Shown here: piece after piece, positions 40,462 to 51,588 of the stretch
Layout: each line of letters starts with the position of its first letter
Numbering within the stretch: the stretch's first letter is position 1
Assembly (NCBI GenBank): GCA_964620965.1
Contig: CAZUHV010000001.1
Coordinates: 445,171 to 509,170 of the forward strand
DNA from: an uncultured Pseudomonadales bacterium
GTDB taxonomy: Bacteria; Patescibacteriota; Microgenomatia; UBA1400; PJMF01
Reading direction: 5' to 3'
DNA: 64,000 nt
Position numbers and translations under genes: made by a program
Notes under the pieces: generated by a model
The model's input: only the letters and a program-made list of their open reading frames with translations
Told to the model about the DNA's origin: nothing
Database searches by the model: none

Positions 40462-42399
40462 TTACTCGTTAACTACTTCACCTTCTTCTGCACCATCTTT
40501 ATCTGTTTTCTTTTCAGACTTATCATCTGCTTGTGCATCAGAACCTGCTGCTCCAGCACCTTTTGAGCCCTGTTCAGCTTGAGCTTTTTGCATAGCTTCA
40601 CCAATTTTTTGAGCTGATTTGAACATTTCATCAGTTGCTGCATCAAGCTCTTCTTTGGTAACATCATCTTTTTCTGCAAGCTCTTTAAGCTTCTTCACAT
40701 TTTCTGCAATAGCTTCTTTATCTGAAGATTCAAGTTTATCACCATATTCTTCGAGTTGTTTTTCTATTTCGAATGCAACTTGATTTGCATGGTTTTTAGC
40801 TTCAATAAGCTCTTTTTTCTTTTTATCTTCTTCTGCATGAGCTTCTGCATCTGCCTTCATTTTTTCAACTTCTTCATCAGAAAGGTTAGTTGAGTTTTGA
40901 ATAGTGATCTTTTGTTCTTTGCCGGTGTTTTTTTCTTTTGCAGTTACATGCAAGATACCATTAGAGTCGATATCAAAAGTAACTTCAACTTGAGGAATAC
41001 CTCTTGGTGCAGGTGGAATTCCATCAAGGATAAAGCGACCAAGTGATTTATTATCAGCAGCCATTTCTCTTTCACCTTGCAAAACATTGATCTCAACCTG
41101 TGTTTGATTGTTTGCAGCTGTAGAAAAAACTTGAGACTTGCTTGTAGGAATTGTAGTATTTCTTTCGATAAGAGGAGTTCTAATTCCACCCAGTGTTTCA
41201 AGGCCTAACGTTAATGGAGTAACATCTAACAAAACAACATCTGTAACGTCTCCACCAATAACTCCAGCTTGGATAGCTGCACCAACAGCGACAACTTCGT
41301 CTGGATTGACACCTTGATGTGGTTTCTTTCCAAAGAACTTTTCAACTTCACTGACAACTTTTGGCATACGGGTTTGACCACCAACCAAAACAATGTCATT
41401 CACTTCTTTTGCAGAAATGCCTGCATCTTTAAGTGCTTTTTCAACTGGTTTAAAGGTCTTTTTGATTAACTCATCAACAATCTCTTCAAGTTTTGCTCTG
41501 GTTAAAGTCATTGTTAAGTGTAGTGGACCATCAGAACCTTGAGTAATAAATGGTTGGTTGATTTCTGAAGATTGTGCACTTGAAAGCTCAATTTTTGCTT
41601 TTTCAGCACTGTCTTTAACACGTTGTAATGCTTGAGGATCTTTTGAAAGATCAACGCCACTTTCTTTTTTAAATTCGGCGATAATCCAATCAATGATCTT
41701 GCTATCAAAGTCATCACCTCCAAGAAATGTGTCTCCATTGGTAGACTTAACTTCAAAAACACCATCGCCAATTTCTAGAATGGAAATATCGAATGTACCA
41801 CCACCCAAGTCATAAACTGCAATAGTGCTACTCCCTTTTTTGTCTAAACCATATGCAAGTGCAGCAGCAGTTGGCTCATTCACAATACGCTCAACTTTAA
41901 GGCCTGCAATTTCACCTGCTTGTTTAGTTGCTTGTCTTTGAGCATCATCAAAATATGCAGGAACTGTGATAACTGCTCTTGATACTTTTGTGCCCAAATA
42001 ACTCTCTGCATCAGCTTTTGCTTTTGCCAAAATTTTTGCTGAAATTTCTTGTGGAGTAAATGTTTTACCATCGATTTTAACGACAGCCATTCCATCTTTA
42101 CCTTCAGTAATTTCATATGCAACATGTTTTGTGGCATTTTGCACACCTGCTGATTTAAGTTTTCCACCCATGAAACGTTTCACAGAGTTCACTGTTTTCT
42201 TTGGATTTAAAACCATTTGACGTTTCGCGACATCCCCAACAGAAATATCTTCACCTTTAAATGAAACAATAGATGGAAACGTATTTCTTCCTTCTGCAGT
42301 AGAAATAATTTTTGGAGATCCACCCTCCATAACTGCTACAGCAGAGTTTGTGGTACCTAAGTCGATACCAATTATCTTACCTGAATTTGAGTCTGACAT
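40462..42399 (-). CDS. dnaK: Chaperone DnaK
   Basis: [17 protein letters not shown]. Confidence 0.98.
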   Translation of the reverse strand: MSDSNSGKIIGIDLGTTNSAVAVMEGGSPKIISTAEGRNTFPSIVSFKGEDISVGDVAKRQMVLNPKKTVNSVKRFMGGKLKSAGVQNATKHVAYEITEGKDGMAVVKIDGKTFTPQEISAKILAKAKADAESYLGTKVSRAVITVPAYFDDAQRQATKQAGEIAGLKVERIVNEPTAAALAYGLDKKGSSTIAVYDLGGGTFDISILEIGDGVFEVKSTNGDTFLGGDDFDSKIIDWIIAEFKKESGVDLSKDPQALQRVKDSAEKAKIELSSAQSSEINQPFITQGSDGPLHLTMTLTRAKLEEIVDELIKKTFKPVEKALKDAGISAKEVNDIVLVGGQTRMPKVVSEVEKFFGKKPHQGVNPDEVVAVGAAIQAGVIGGDVTDVVLLDVTPLTLGLETLGGIRTPLIERNTTIPTSKSQVFSTAANNQTQVEINVLQGEREMAADNKSLGRFILDGIPPAPRGIPQVEVTFDIDSNGILHVTAKEKNTGKEQKITIQNSTNLSDEEVEKMKADAEAHAEEDKKKKELIEAKNHANQVAFEIEKQLEEYGDKLESSDKEAIAENVKKLKELAEKDDVTKEELDAATDEMFKSAQKIGEAMQKAQAEQGSKGAGAAGSDAQADDKSEKKTDKDGAEEGEVVNE

Positions 42400-42528
42400 A
42401 GTCTTCTCCTTTTTTATTTGACTTTATACGTATTATTTTTTATACCGATCGTGTTCGGTAGAAATTGTGTACTTGTTATAGTTTTGCGTCCAAAACTTTT
42501 GTGCAAGTAACTCTTTCAATTTCCAATT

Positions 42529-42555
42529 CTAGCAAACAATTTAAAAGACTGCTAG
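42529..42555. promoter_or_regulatory. CIRCE-like HrcA operator upstream of dnaK
   Basis: CTAGCAAAC-N9-GACTGCTAG. Confidence 0.65.
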
Positions 42556-42574
42556 TAGCAATTTAGCCTGGAAA

Positions 42575-42601
42575 TTAGCAATCGATGTTTTCAACTGCTT
42601 T
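42575..42601. promoter_or_regulatory. Second, weaker CIRCE-like site upstream of dnaK
   Basis: TTAGCAATC-N9-AACTGCTTT. Confidence 0.5.
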
Positions 42602-42673
42602 TTTTATGTGTATTTTAATTATCTCCAAAATTCAAAAATCGAGCTATTTTGTAACTAAGTTTTAGTAAAAATA

Positions 42674-43183
42674 TTAGTCTAAAATAACCTTAGCGTGTTG
42701 GATGACTTCATTGTTTAAGGTATATCCTTCACTGATTACTTTAACAACTGTTTCACCTTTTTCACCAATCTCTGATGCTTCCATTAAAGTTACATCAAAT
42801 GGCTTTCCAAGCGCGTCAATTTTTTTGAGCCCATTTTGTTCCAAAGCTTGCCACAGTTGAGTAATAACCATGTTTAAACCAGCATCATTAAGCTGCTCAC
42901 TTGCTAAAGAAAGGTGGTTTAAAGGCTGTATTAAATCTTCGACAAAGTTCTTTGCTGCCAATTTAGCAACTTTACTGCGCTCTTCGCTGGTTCTTCGAAC
43001 TAAGTTTTGATAATCTGCAAGTGCAACTTGTTCGCGACGCTTCGCGTCGCTCAACTGCTGAGAAAGTGAAACAACTTGATTTGAAAGCTCTTCTACCACC
43101 GCTTCTAATTCCTGTTGTTCTGCTACAGAACCTTGAACTTCTTCTGATTGTTTATCGTATTTTGTACTTTTTGTATCTTTCAT
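42674..43183 (-). CDS. grpE: Nucleotide exchange factor GrpE
   Basis: ADYQNLVRR, GKPFD, GYTL...AKV; position between hrcA and dnaK. Confidence 0.93.
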   Translation of the reverse strand: MKDTKSTKYDKQSEEVQGSVAEQQELEAVVEELSNQVVSLSQQLSDAKRREQVALADYQNLVRRTSEERSKVAKLAAKNFVEDLIQPLNHLSLASEQLNDAGLNMVITQLWQALEQNGLKKIDALGKPFDVTLMEASEIGEKGETVVKVISEGYTLNNEVIQHAKVILD

Positions 43184-43192
43184 AGTAAAATT

Positions 43193-43915
43193 TTATTCAA
43201 CAATTTCTTTAATGAGGTTGCGAACATACTTCATCATCGGAATAACATACGCATAATCAAATCTACTTGAACCTAACAGAGCAATGTGAATTGGCTGTCC
43301 ATCAACTTCAAAAGACATGTGAATTATGCCAACTGGCATTAAGTTACGGTTTCCTAATTCCGGACCGTACACAACTTGCACTAAATTCTCATTCGCATTC
43401 GCTTCAAAAATTTCTTCGAGAAGTTTCTCTTCTTCTATCAACTGCAACACATGTCTCATCACTTTAATGTCATAAAATTCTGGCATTTGTAAAAGGTTTG
43501 CATATCCAGAGTGGTACAAGTGATAATCGTCATGTAAAGCAATTGCCAAAGACTGAGATTTATCTGCTAAAACTTTTGTAATTTGATAGAGCATTTGATC
43601 AAGTTTGTCACGGCTGTTCCAGATTTTCTCTTTAGCAGAAACTTCATCTGCAACAGAAAGGTCGCGCTCTTTCATTAACTCATTCACGTATAGCTTCATT
43701 GCCGCAGGAGTTGGAACGCGTCCAGCGCTACTATGACTTTTACTCAAGTAACCTTGTTTGGTGAGTTGTGCCATTTCATTACGAATTGTTGCTGGAGAAA
43801 CTCCAATAGAATACTTTTTATCTACTGTTTCAGAACCAACTGGCTCTGCTGTTGAAATAAATTCTTCAATCACTGCTCGTAAGATTTGTACTTGTCTAGC
43901 GGTTAAATCTATCAT
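43193..43915 (-). CDS. hrcA: Heat-inducible transcription repressor HrcA
   Basis: LTARQ, EPVGS, SPATIRNEM, HSSAGRVPT; start at MIDLT. Confidence 0.95.
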   Translation of the reverse strand: MIDLTARQVQILRAVIEEFISTAEPVGSETVDKKYSIGVSPATIRNEMAQLTKQGYLSKSHSSAGRVPTPAAMKLYVNELMKERDLSVADEVSAKEKIWNSRDKLDQMLYQITKVLADKSQSLAIALHDDYHLYHSGYANLLQMPEFYDIKVMRHVLQLIEEEKLLEEIFEANANENLVQVVYGPELGNRNLMPVGIIHMSFEVDGQPIHIALLGSSRFDYAYVIPMMKYVRNLIKEIVE

Positions 43916-43920
43916 AGTTA

Positions 43921-43947
43921 TTAGCAATCATATCTGTAGCTTGCTAA
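43921..43947. promoter_or_regulatory. CIRCE-like HrcA operator upstream of hrcA
   Basis: TTAGCAATC-N9-GCTTGCTAA. Confidence 0.75.
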
Positions 43948-44031
43948 GTTGTCAACTATCTACTCTTAGTTGTATTCAATAGGTTAATATTCTGGTATCT
44001 GTGAAAACGCAATTCTGTTACACTTATACGT

Positions 44032-45441
44032 ATGCAATCGAAAAAAATGACCAAAGCCAAAATGATTACTCAGTTTTTGATTATTTTAAGTTTATTAGTT
44101 GTTGTGTTAGTTGGTGCTAGTCAAATTGGAGTGTTACGAGAGTTTTTTGGTAAAGCTTCTGGAGAAAATGCCAACATCCATGTGTATACAAATAACGTTT
44201 TAGGAACATATAAAAAACCTTGGAGAAACCTCGCACAAGGAGGGGAAGATCACGAATGGCGTATGGGTCAACTTGTTGCGCCAGTCAAGGCTCTGAACCC
44301 AGAATATATTCGTATAGATCATATTTATGATTTCTATGACGTTGTTTCTGGAGAAAATGGAAATTATTCTTATGATTTCTCAAAACTAGATCTACTTTTA
44401 AATGATATTGCCGCAACTGGTGCAAAACCTTATATTGCGCTTACCTATATGCCTCCACAGTTCGCCAATGGGGATATTGTGGGAAAACCAAATAATTATG
44501 GTGATTGGCAAAACTTGGTTCAAAGAACTATCCAGCACGTGAGCGGCACACGAGGAATTTCTGATGTGTACTATGAGGTTTGGAATGAACCAGATCTTTT
44601 TGGTGGCTGGAAATACTATGGTGATAAAAATTACCTTACGCTTTATAAGTTTGCTGCACTTGGGGCAGCTAAAACTTCTGGAGTAAAACCTTTCAAACTT
44701 GGTGGCCCTGTAACAACTGGTTTTTATAAAAACTGGGCAGAAGCTCTCATAAAATTTGCATACGAAAATAAATTAAAACTAGACTTCATCTCTTGGCATC
44801 GATACTCAACTAATCTTGATGTGTATAAAGAAGATATGCTAGCAGTGAGAACTCTTTTACAGAAATACCCACAGTATGATGAGCTTATCGAATTTCACAT
44901 CACAGAATGGGGACATGATAGTGAAGTCAATGCAGGATATGACACTTCTTATTCAGCTGCTCACACAGTGGCTGGAGCAATTGAAATGGTTGGAGTTGTA
45001 GAACGTGCATTTGCCTTTGAAATACAAGATGGAAAAGATCCTGCTGGACAAGAATACTGGGGGCGTTGGGGATTATTTACACACAATGATTTTGGTGCAA
45101 AAGCCAAACCAAGATATTTTGCACTCAAAATGCTTGATAAAATTTCCGATCAAAGAGTGCAACTACTTGGAAAAGGCAGTTGGACCAAAGCTCTTGCGGC
45201 AAAGAACCCTCAATCAGGAAATATTGAAGTTGTCTTAGCAAACTTTGATCCAAAAGCTCAACATAGCGAAAATGTACCAATTTTATTCGAAGATATCGGG
45301 CCAGGTAGCTATACCATTAAAAAAGAGCTAAGCAACGGGAGTGTCTTTACGGAAAATATTGCAACAACGGAAGCAAAACTCAAAACAACATTGTTTATGC
45401 CAACAAATACCGTTGGATTTGTAACTTTGGAGAGAAAGTAA
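44032..45441 (+). CDS. Membrane-anchored GH39-like glycoside hydrolase
   Basis: N-terminal TM, YEVWNEPD acid/base, LDFISWH, ITEW nucleophile. Confidence 0.85.
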   Translation: MQSKKMTKAKMITQFLIILSLLVVVLVGASQIGVLREFFGKASGENANIHVYTNNVLGTYKKPWRNLAQGGEDHEWRMGQLVAPVKALNPEYIRIDHIYDFYDVVSGENGNYSYDFSKLDLLLNDIAATGAKPYIALTYMPPQFANGDIVGKPNNYGDWQNLVQRTIQHVSGTRGISDVYYEVWNEPDLFGGWKYYGDKNYLTLYKFAALGAAKTSGVKPFKLGGPVTTGFYKNWAEALIKFAYENKLKLDFISWHRYSTNLDVYKEDMLAVRTLLQKYPQYDELIEFHITEWGHDSEVNAGYDTSYSAAHTVAGAIEMVGVVERAFAFEIQDGKDPAGQEYWGRWGLFTHNDFGAKAKPRYFALKMLDKISDQRVQLLGKGSWTKALAAKNPQSGNIEVVLANFDPKAQHSENVPILFEDIGPGSYTIKKELSNGSVFTENIATTEAKLKTTLFMPTNTVGFVTLERK

Positions 45442-45456
45442 GTTAAAAAAAATAAA

Positions 45457-46677
45457 TTACAGCAGTTCTTTAATAAATTGTAATACTCGAGTTTTAAACT
45501 TCTCTTTACTGAAATCCACTGCATACTCATAGATTTTTTGCCTGTTCCATTTTGTTGTCTGAATTTTTTGAATAGCTTTGCCAAAACTCTCTACAGTAAA
45601 CTCATCAAAAAAGTATCCATTTTCACCCTCTTGAACCGTTTCCAGAGGACCACCAGACTTATGTGCAACAACAGGGATACCATGCCCCATAGCTTCTATT
45701 GGAACCATTCCGAAATCTTCATCTTCCGCTGGATATAACAAAGCTGAAGCATTTTCATATAAAGAGTATAATTCCTCGTCAGAAACCCCACCTAAAAACT
45801 CTATGTTTTTTCCTAAACTTTCACCTGCAAGGTCTTGTAGCATTTCAACACCTCTTCCAGATCCAACAACTTTAAGATTAAAACCAATCTCTTTTGCAGC
45901 AAGAACCGCTAAATCAACATGTTTACTTGCAGCAATTCTGCCAACAATTAAAAAATAGCCATCTTCTTTTGGAAGCTGTGCTTTGTTTTCGAATTTTCGA
46001 TCTAAATCAATTTCGATTGGCGGATAAATCACAGTAGAATCCAGTTTATAAAATTTTTGAATTCTTCTTTGAGTTTCTTTGGAATTAGCAATAAAATAAT
46101 CAACATTTTCTCGGGCAATTTTTACGTCAAGAATTCTTAAATAGTGATTCAGTATCGTACCAAAAAATCCGGTGATTGGGTTACTCTTCCAATCAGTTCT
46201 GGTGGTATAACCATACAAAGATCGTGCAGGAGTGTGGCAGTAACTTATATGAAGTGCGCCGACTTTCTTACTTGTATCTTTAGCCTTAGTATCTGTCTCT
46301 GCAGTTGTAGTACCTATTGTTCTCTTTGTTGTAACAGCCTTAGAAAAATATGCATTTGTAGAAGAAATAACCAAATCATATTCACTTAAGTCAAATGCCG
46401 AAAAATACTGTGGCGCAAAAATTCGCAAAGGAGAAAATAATTTTTTATAAAACGGAATTTTGGTTAACCAGCTTTGTCGAATATCCCAATCTTGAAATTT
46501 CGCCCAATGAATCCCAGTAACAGAGCTATCAACAAAAGAAACATATAGTGGTGCTTGTGGAAAAATTTCATGCAGAGCTTCGACCACGCGTTCTGCTCCA
46601 CCATACTCACGTAAATAATCATGAACAAGTGCAACCTTTAACTGTGAGATATCTTTTATTTTTTTATCTTTGCTCAT
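45457..46677 (-). CDS. GT4 glycosyltransferase
   Basis: HDYL..YGGAERV, YCHTP, EDFGMVPIEAM. Confidence 0.92.
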   Translation of the reverse strand: MSKDKKIKDISQLKVALVHDYLREYGGAERVVEALHEIFPQAPLYVSFVDSSVTGIHWAKFQDWDIRQSWLTKIPFYKKLFSPLRIFAPQYFSAFDLSEYDLVISSTNAYFSKAVTTKRTIGTTTAETDTKAKDTSKKVGALHISYCHTPARSLYGYTTRTDWKSNPITGFFGTILNHYLRILDVKIARENVDYFIANSKETQRRIQKFYKLDSTVIYPPIEIDLDRKFENKAQLPKEDGYFLIVGRIAASKHVDLAVLAAKEIGFNLKVVGSGRGVEMLQDLAGESLGKNIEFLGGVSDEELYSLYENASALLYPAEDEDFGMVPIEAMGHGIPVVAHKSGGPLETVQEGENGYFFDEFTVESFGKAIQKIQTTKWNRQKIYEYAVDFSKEKFKTRVLQFIKELL

Positions 46678-46744
46678 ATGTTTCGACTAGTTCAATTAAT
46701 TTAGTTAGTATTTTTCTAGTTACTTTAGTTTCAATCAAAAAAAT

Positions 46745-47737
46745 TTAAAATAATGCCTCTTGTATTGCTTCTTCAAACTTATCTTTTGGTAACATATTTT
46801 TTAATGAATTAAACTGATATAACTCAAATAAATCCGCTACCTTATGTTTATCATAATCCTTTGTGATGCATGCATCTAGATTAAATTGTACTGGGGCATC
46901 TCTTTGAATTGTTGCTAATTTTTTACTTAAAAACGCCATTTCTGTATCTTCAGCAAGTTTTTTTAGCGTGGATCCCTTTAACAAAGGGTCAGTCAATTTT
47001 TCACCGTTCTTTTCTTTTTCGATAACTTCTGCAACTGCTTCATATAATTTTTCTAAACTTTCAAATTTTTGAATTAAACTAGTTGCTGTTTTTATTCCAA
47101 TCCCTTTAACTCCTGGAATATTATCTGACGGGTCCCCCATCAGGGCTTTAAGATCTGGAACTTGGTTTGCACGCACCCCTAATTTTTCAACTACACCAGC
47201 TTCATCATACTCTTTGTCTCTACTAAAACGCCCTCTTCCCGGAATGAAAACGTGAGTGCTATCGTCATACACTAGTTGCAATAAATCTTTATCTCCAGTA
47301 ACAATAACCGTTAAGATCTTTTTTTCAAAATCTTTGATCTTGTCGTTTTCTATATTCATTAACTTTGAAATGGTGCCAAGTAAATCATCTGCTTCAAAAC
47401 CATCAAGTTCAAACTGAGGAATATTAAACGCCGCAACCAAATCTTTAATTATTTGAACCTGAGAAATTAAATCATCTGGCATTGGAGGCCTTTGAGCTTT
47501 ATACTCTTTAAACTCCGCAACTCGTTTTGACTTCCCATTTTTATGATCAAACGCTACCGCAATATATTTTGGATCGTAATCATCAATAACTTTAAGAAGA
47601 ATTCTGGCAAATCCATACACAGCATTAATTGGTTGGCCCTTTGGATCGGTCAATTCTTTTAGAGCATGGTATGCCCTATAGATAATTGCATGACCATCAA
47701 GAATAATAAATTTTTCTTGATGCTTTAGTTCATCCAT
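46745..47737 (-). CDS. Stand-alone 5'-3' exonuclease/flap endonuclease (Pol I N-terminal domain)
   Basis: LDGHAIIYRAYH, YKAQR, EADD, GDKD, GDPSDNIPGVKGIG; no polymerase domain. Confidence 0.92.
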   Translation of the reverse strand: MDELKHQEKFIILDGHAIIYRAYHALKELTDPKGQPINAVYGFARILLKVIDDYDPKYIAVAFDHKNGKSKRVAEFKEYKAQRPPMPDDLISQVQIIKDLVAAFNIPQFELDGFEADDLLGTISKLMNIENDKIKDFEKKILTVIVTGDKDLLQLVYDDSTHVFIPGRGRFSRDKEYDEAGVVEKLGVRANQVPDLKALMGDPSDNIPGVKGIGIKTATSLIQKFESLEKLYEAVAEVIEKEKNGEKLTDPLLKGSTLKKLAEDTEMAFLSKKLATIQRDAPVQFNLDACITKDYDKHKVADLFELYQFNSLKNMLPKDKFEEAIQEALF

Positions 47738-49684
47738 TTATGCCTTTTTAGCTTTTTTAACTCCCATGAGTTTTTCAAACTCTTCACCATCAATAGATTC
47801 AAGTTCAATAAGCTTCTCTGAAAGATTCTTAAGTTCTTTTGCGTATTTTTTCAAAATAGACTCAGCACGTTTTTGACCTTCAGCAATAAATTTTTGGATC
47901 TCTGAGTCAACTTTTTCTTGCAGTCTTTCTGATAACTTACCATACTCACCATATAATGAGTCATAGGATTGATCTATATCTGTATGCAAGTTTATTGGAC
48001 CCAAATCACTCATACCATAATCCATAACCATAGCCCGAGCGATCTTTGTAGCCTTTTGTATGTCACTGCTTGCTCCTGCAGTAAGCTCGTTATACACCTG
48101 TTTTTCAGCGGTACGTCCCCCAAGAAGAACTGCAATATCATCTAGCAACTCTGATTGGGTTGTTTGTAGTTTATCTTTTTCTGGTGGAGTCAAAGTAAAT
48201 CCTAAGGCACGTCCACGAGAAATGATAGAAACTCTGTGCACAGGATCTGCATGTGGCGAAACATGTGCAACAATTGCGTGACCCATTTCGTGATACGCAG
48301 TCATTTCTTTTTCAAGTTTGTCTTGCAAACGTTTTTTGCTTGGACCAAGTTTCACTTTAAGTGCTGCTTCTTCAATATCTTCTGAAGTAATTTCTTCTCT
48401 AGCCTCACGAGCAACTGCAATTGCAGCTTCATTAAGCATGTTTTCAATATCTGCACCAGAATATCCAACAGTTCTTCTTGCAACACGCTCCCAATTGAGA
48501 TCTTTTACAAATGGTTTACCTTTTGCATGAATCTTGATAATAAACTTTCTTTCTTCAAGATCTGGTAAAGAAACCATAACTCTTCTGTCAAATCTTCCAG
48601 GACGAACAAGTGCAGGATCTAACATATCACCGCGGTTTGTTGCCGCCATCACAATAACATTGTCATTCTGAGAAAATCCGTCCATCTCAACCAAAATTTG
48701 GTTTAATGTTTGTTCCCGTTCGTCGTGGCCTCCGCTAAAATTTCCTTTACCACGTGCACGACCTATTGCATCAATCTCGTCAATAAAAATAATCGCTGGA
48801 GCTAGTTTTTTTGCAGTTGTAAACAAATCTCGAACACGAGACGCACCTACACCCACAAGCATTTCCATAAATTCAGAACCTGCAATAGATAAAAATTGAA
48901 CGTTTGCTTCTCCAGCAACTGCACGGGCTAACAAAGTCTTACCCGTTCCAGCAGGACCAACTAATAACACACCCTTTGGAGTTCGTGCACCAACTTTGGT
49001 ATATTTTTTTGGATTCTTTAAAAAGTCGACAACTTCTTCAAGTTCTGCCTTTGCTTCATCCATGCCTCCAACGTCAGCAAACTTAGTATTTTGTTTTCCT
49101 TTTACAAAAAGTTTGGCTTTGCTTTTACCAATGCCCATGATATCTGGACCACCTTTTGCACCTCTAAATAAGAAAAGAAATACACCTATCATTAATATGA
49201 CAGGCAAGAAACTTAATAGAAGTTCCCAAAGTAATTGCCCCATACCAACGCTCTTCACTTCAAGATCTGTTGCTGCTAAATCAATATCAGCGGCATTTAA
49301 AATGCTTACTAAATCTTGACCATCTTCTTTAAGCGCAATTTTTTCTGCTCCATCTGTATAAGTTACCCGTAATTCATCTCCAGCAACTTGAACACTGCTG
49401 ATTTTTGCGTCTCGAATATCTTTTACCAAAGTAGAAATAGAAATCTCTTTATTTGGATCTGAAGTAAACAATGAAACTAATAAAGGTAAAAAGAGTAACC
49501 CAAGTAAAATATACAAAATTGCTTTGTTCAAAATATTTTTTGGCGACAAATCCATAGTGAATGACTTCATGACCAACTGTTTTTGTTGTGGTTTTTGACC
49601 TTGAACATTTTCTTTGCCTTTAGAATTTTGATTTTCTGGAACTTTAGTTTCCCGTTGCTTTTCTTGAGTTTTATTTTCAGCCAT
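47738..49684 (-). CDS. ftsH: ATP-dependent zinc metalloprotease FtsH
   Basis: Two TM helices, [20 protein letters not shown]. Confidence 0.97.
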   Translation of the reverse strand: MAENKTQEKQRETKVPENQNSKGKENVQGQKPQQKQLVMKSFTMDLSPKNILNKAILYILLGLLFLPLLVSLFTSDPNKEISISTLVKDIRDAKISSVQVAGDELRVTYTDGAEKIALKEDGQDLVSILNAADIDLAATDLEVKSVGMGQLLWELLLSFLPVILMIGVFLFLFRGAKGGPDIMGIGKSKAKLFVKGKQNTKFADVGGMDEAKAELEEVVDFLKNPKKYTKVGARTPKGVLLVGPAGTGKTLLARAVAGEANVQFLSIAGSEFMEMLVGVGASRVRDLFTTAKKLAPAIIFIDEIDAIGRARGKGNFSGGHDEREQTLNQILVEMDGFSQNDNVIVMAATNRGDMLDPALVRPGRFDRRVMVSLPDLEERKFIIKIHAKGKPFVKDLNWERVARRTVGYSGADIENMLNEAAIAVAREAREEITSEDIEEAALKVKLGPSKKRLQDKLEKEMTAYHEMGHAIVAHVSPHADPVHRVSIISRGRALGFTLTPPEKDKLQTTQSELLDDIAVLLGGRTAEKQVYNELTAGASSDIQKATKIARAMVMDYGMSDLGPINLHTDIDQSYDSLYGEYGKLSERLQEKVDSEIQKFIAEGQKRAESILKKYAKELKNLSEKLIELESIDGEEFEKLMGVKKAKKA

Positions 49685-49737
49685 AGCTATCCTCTATACT
49701 TTACAGATTTCTAAAAAGGTTATTGTAACACGTAGTA

Positions 49738-50085
49738 CTATCTTACTACAGTTCCTGGAGCACATTCTGTCTCTGGTTCTAATAAAATTGCTGTATCACC
49801 ACCTGCAGCAATAATCATGCCTTGACTTTCAACACCACGAAGTTTTCTTGGTGCCAAATTTGCTAGATAGACTACTGTTCTACCAATTAGGTCTTCTGTA
49901 GAGTACCATTCTTTGATACCAGAAGCTACTGTTCTTTCTCCAAGCTCACCAACATCTAAAGTTAATTTAAGTAACTTGTCTGCTCCTTCAATTTCCTCTG
50001 CATTCAAAACCTTCGCAATTCTTAAATCAAGTTTTGCAAAATCATCATACTGAACTTCAATTTTTTGTGTTTGTTCGTCTAACAT
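49738..50085 (-). CDS. tRNA-binding OB protein (MetG C-terminal/Trbp111/CsaA-like)
   Basis: DFAKLDLRI, ADKLL, NLAPRKLRGVESQGM. Confidence 0.88.
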   Translation of the reverse strand: MLDEQTQKIEVQYDDFAKLDLRIAKVLNAEEIEGADKLLKLTLDVGELGERTVASGIKEWYSTEDLIGRTVVYLANLAPRKLRGVESQGMIIAAGGDTAILLEPETECAPGTVVR

Positions 50086-50130
50086 TTTATGTTTTCCTTT
50101 ATATTTTCTTATTTCTCAATTTCTAAAAAA

Positions 50131-51117
50131 TTATCGTAACCCCAATTTTTCTTTCACTTCTTTTACTGTTTGCTCAGCAATTGCTCTCGATTTTTGAGCT
50201 CCTTCACGGATCATACGATCAACATATTCAGGATTTGCTTCTAGTTCTGCACGTTTTGCTTGAATTGGCTCTAATTCTGCAAATATTGCTTCTGCCAACT
50301 CTTTCTTAAGATCTCCATAGCGAATTCCTGCACCCACATATTGTGCTTCATATTCCTTACGTTTATCTAGACCTTGAAATAACTCAACAAATTGCAATAA
50401 GTTAGCCACTCCACCTTGAGTAGGCACTACTTCTCCAACCCCAGAATCTGTTGGAGCTTTGCTTAACTTTTTAAGAATTGTGTCTAAATCATCTCCTAAC
50501 TCAATGGCAGAACCCTCAACAGACTTGCTCATTTTGCCTTCACCTAGTAATGAAGGGACATACTCACCTTTTGTTGCAAAACGAACTGGCTCAGGAAAAT
50601 CTGTTCCAAATTGTTCATTCATTTTTCGTGCAATTTCACGCGCAACTTCAAGGTGTGGTTCTTGATCTATTCCAACAGGAACTAATCCTGCTTTATAAAT
50701 TAATATATCTGCAGCCATAAGAAGCGGATAGTTAAGCAACGCCATTGTTACATTATCTGGATGTTGTTTAACCTTGTCTTTAAATGTTGGTAGGTGTTGC
50801 ATTCTTGCAACCGTTTCTACAGACCCAAAATAAAATGCCAACTGCGTGATTAAATCAGATAAATCCGACTGAATTGAAATATGGCTTTTTTCCGGATCTA
50901 ACCCAACCGACAAATAATCAATAAAAACATCGCGAGCACTTTGCTTTAAAGTTGACGCGTCGTATGGAGTTGTAATTGCATGTACATCCACAACTGTATA
51001 TAAAGTTTCATATTCAGGATTATTTTGCAGTTCCAACATTCCTTTCGCAGCACCTAAGTAATTGCCTAAATGCAAACGACCAGTTGGTCTCATTCCCGAT
51101 AACACTCTTTTTTTCAT
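50131..51117 (-). CDS. trpS: Tryptophan--tRNA ligase
   Basis: HLGN, YPLLMAADIL, VPVG.DQ, KMSKS. Confidence 0.97.
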   Translation of the reverse strand: MKKRVLSGMRPTGRLHLGNYLGAAKGMLELQNNPEYETLYTVVDVHAITTPYDASTLKQSARDVFIDYLSVGLDPEKSHISIQSDLSDLITQLAFYFGSVETVARMQHLPTFKDKVKQHPDNVTMALLNYPLLMAADILIYKAGLVPVGIDQEPHLEVAREIARKMNEQFGTDFPEPVRFATKGEYVPSLLGEGKMSKSVEGSAIELGDDLDTILKKLSKAPTDSGVGEVVPTQGGVANLLQFVELFQGLDKRKEYEAQYVGAGIRYGDLKKELAEAIFAELEPIQAKRAELEANPEYVDRMIREGAQKSRAIAEQTVKEVKEKLGLR

Positions 51118-51384
51118 AATACTTGTTCTTTCTTATCTTGTTTATTATACATTGAATCTGAAAAGTTTTGCTTAATTCAGATTGAGGTTGGAGCTGAACG
51201 TAGATGCCTTGCATCTTGTGTACCTGTGACTCTTTTTCACTACGTTCAAAAAAGATCGGGTCCATAATAGCTCTGCATCTTTCGTACCTACGCTTTTTTT
51301 ATTCATTTCATTCATAAAAAAGCGGGTCCGAGCGTTGCATGTTGTGTGTCAGCAACTTTTTCTTAAGAAAAAGCTGGACCCACA

Positions 51385-51413
51385 AAAATAAAAAATGCTC
51401 CGATCGGGAGCAT
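51385..51413 (-). terminator. Attenuator terminator (3:4 hairpin) upstream of trpS
   Basis: AUGCUCC-cgauc-GGAGCAU followed by a U-rich tract. Confidence 0.85.
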
Positions 51414-51458
51414 ATTGTTTAATTTCTTCGTTTTGATACAACAACACGCTCCCTTAGT

Positions 51459-51506
51459 TTAGGAAGTCCACCACATTCTGCTGGTTGTTGTTTGTATGTT
51501 TTTCAT
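51459..51506 (-). CDS. trpL: Trp attenuation leader peptide MKNIQTTTSRMWWTS
   Basis: 15 codons with tandem TGG TGG near the stop; overlaps alternative hairpins; upstream of trpS. Confidence 0.85.
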   Translation of the reverse strand: MKNIQTTTSRMWWTS

Positions 51507-51517
51507 AACTGTTGGGT

Positions 51518-51526
51518 ATTATAGCA
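51518..51526 (-). promoter_or_regulatory. Extended -10 promoter for trpL-trpS
   Basis: TGCTATAAT 11 nt upstream of the leader ATG. Confidence 0.55.
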
Positions 51527-51537
51527 GATTTATCTAC

Positions 51538-51562
51538 AAAAAACTCCCTTTTCAGGGAGTTT
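51538..51562 (-). terminator. Terminator after the recombinase gene
   Basis: aaactccct/agggagttt stem + U-run. Confidence 0.7.
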
Positions 51563-51588
51563 GGACAGTTTTTGTATCAAATATAAAA

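Noticed and set aside
51020-51265. 81-aa ORF overlapping the trpS start
   Set aside because: Out of frame with trpS, no motif, lies in a structured leader
51118-51510. T-box riboswitch upstream of trpS
   Set aside because: No AANNAGGGTGGTACC-like antiterminator or stem I; the TGGTGG present is the two Trp codons of the leader peptide
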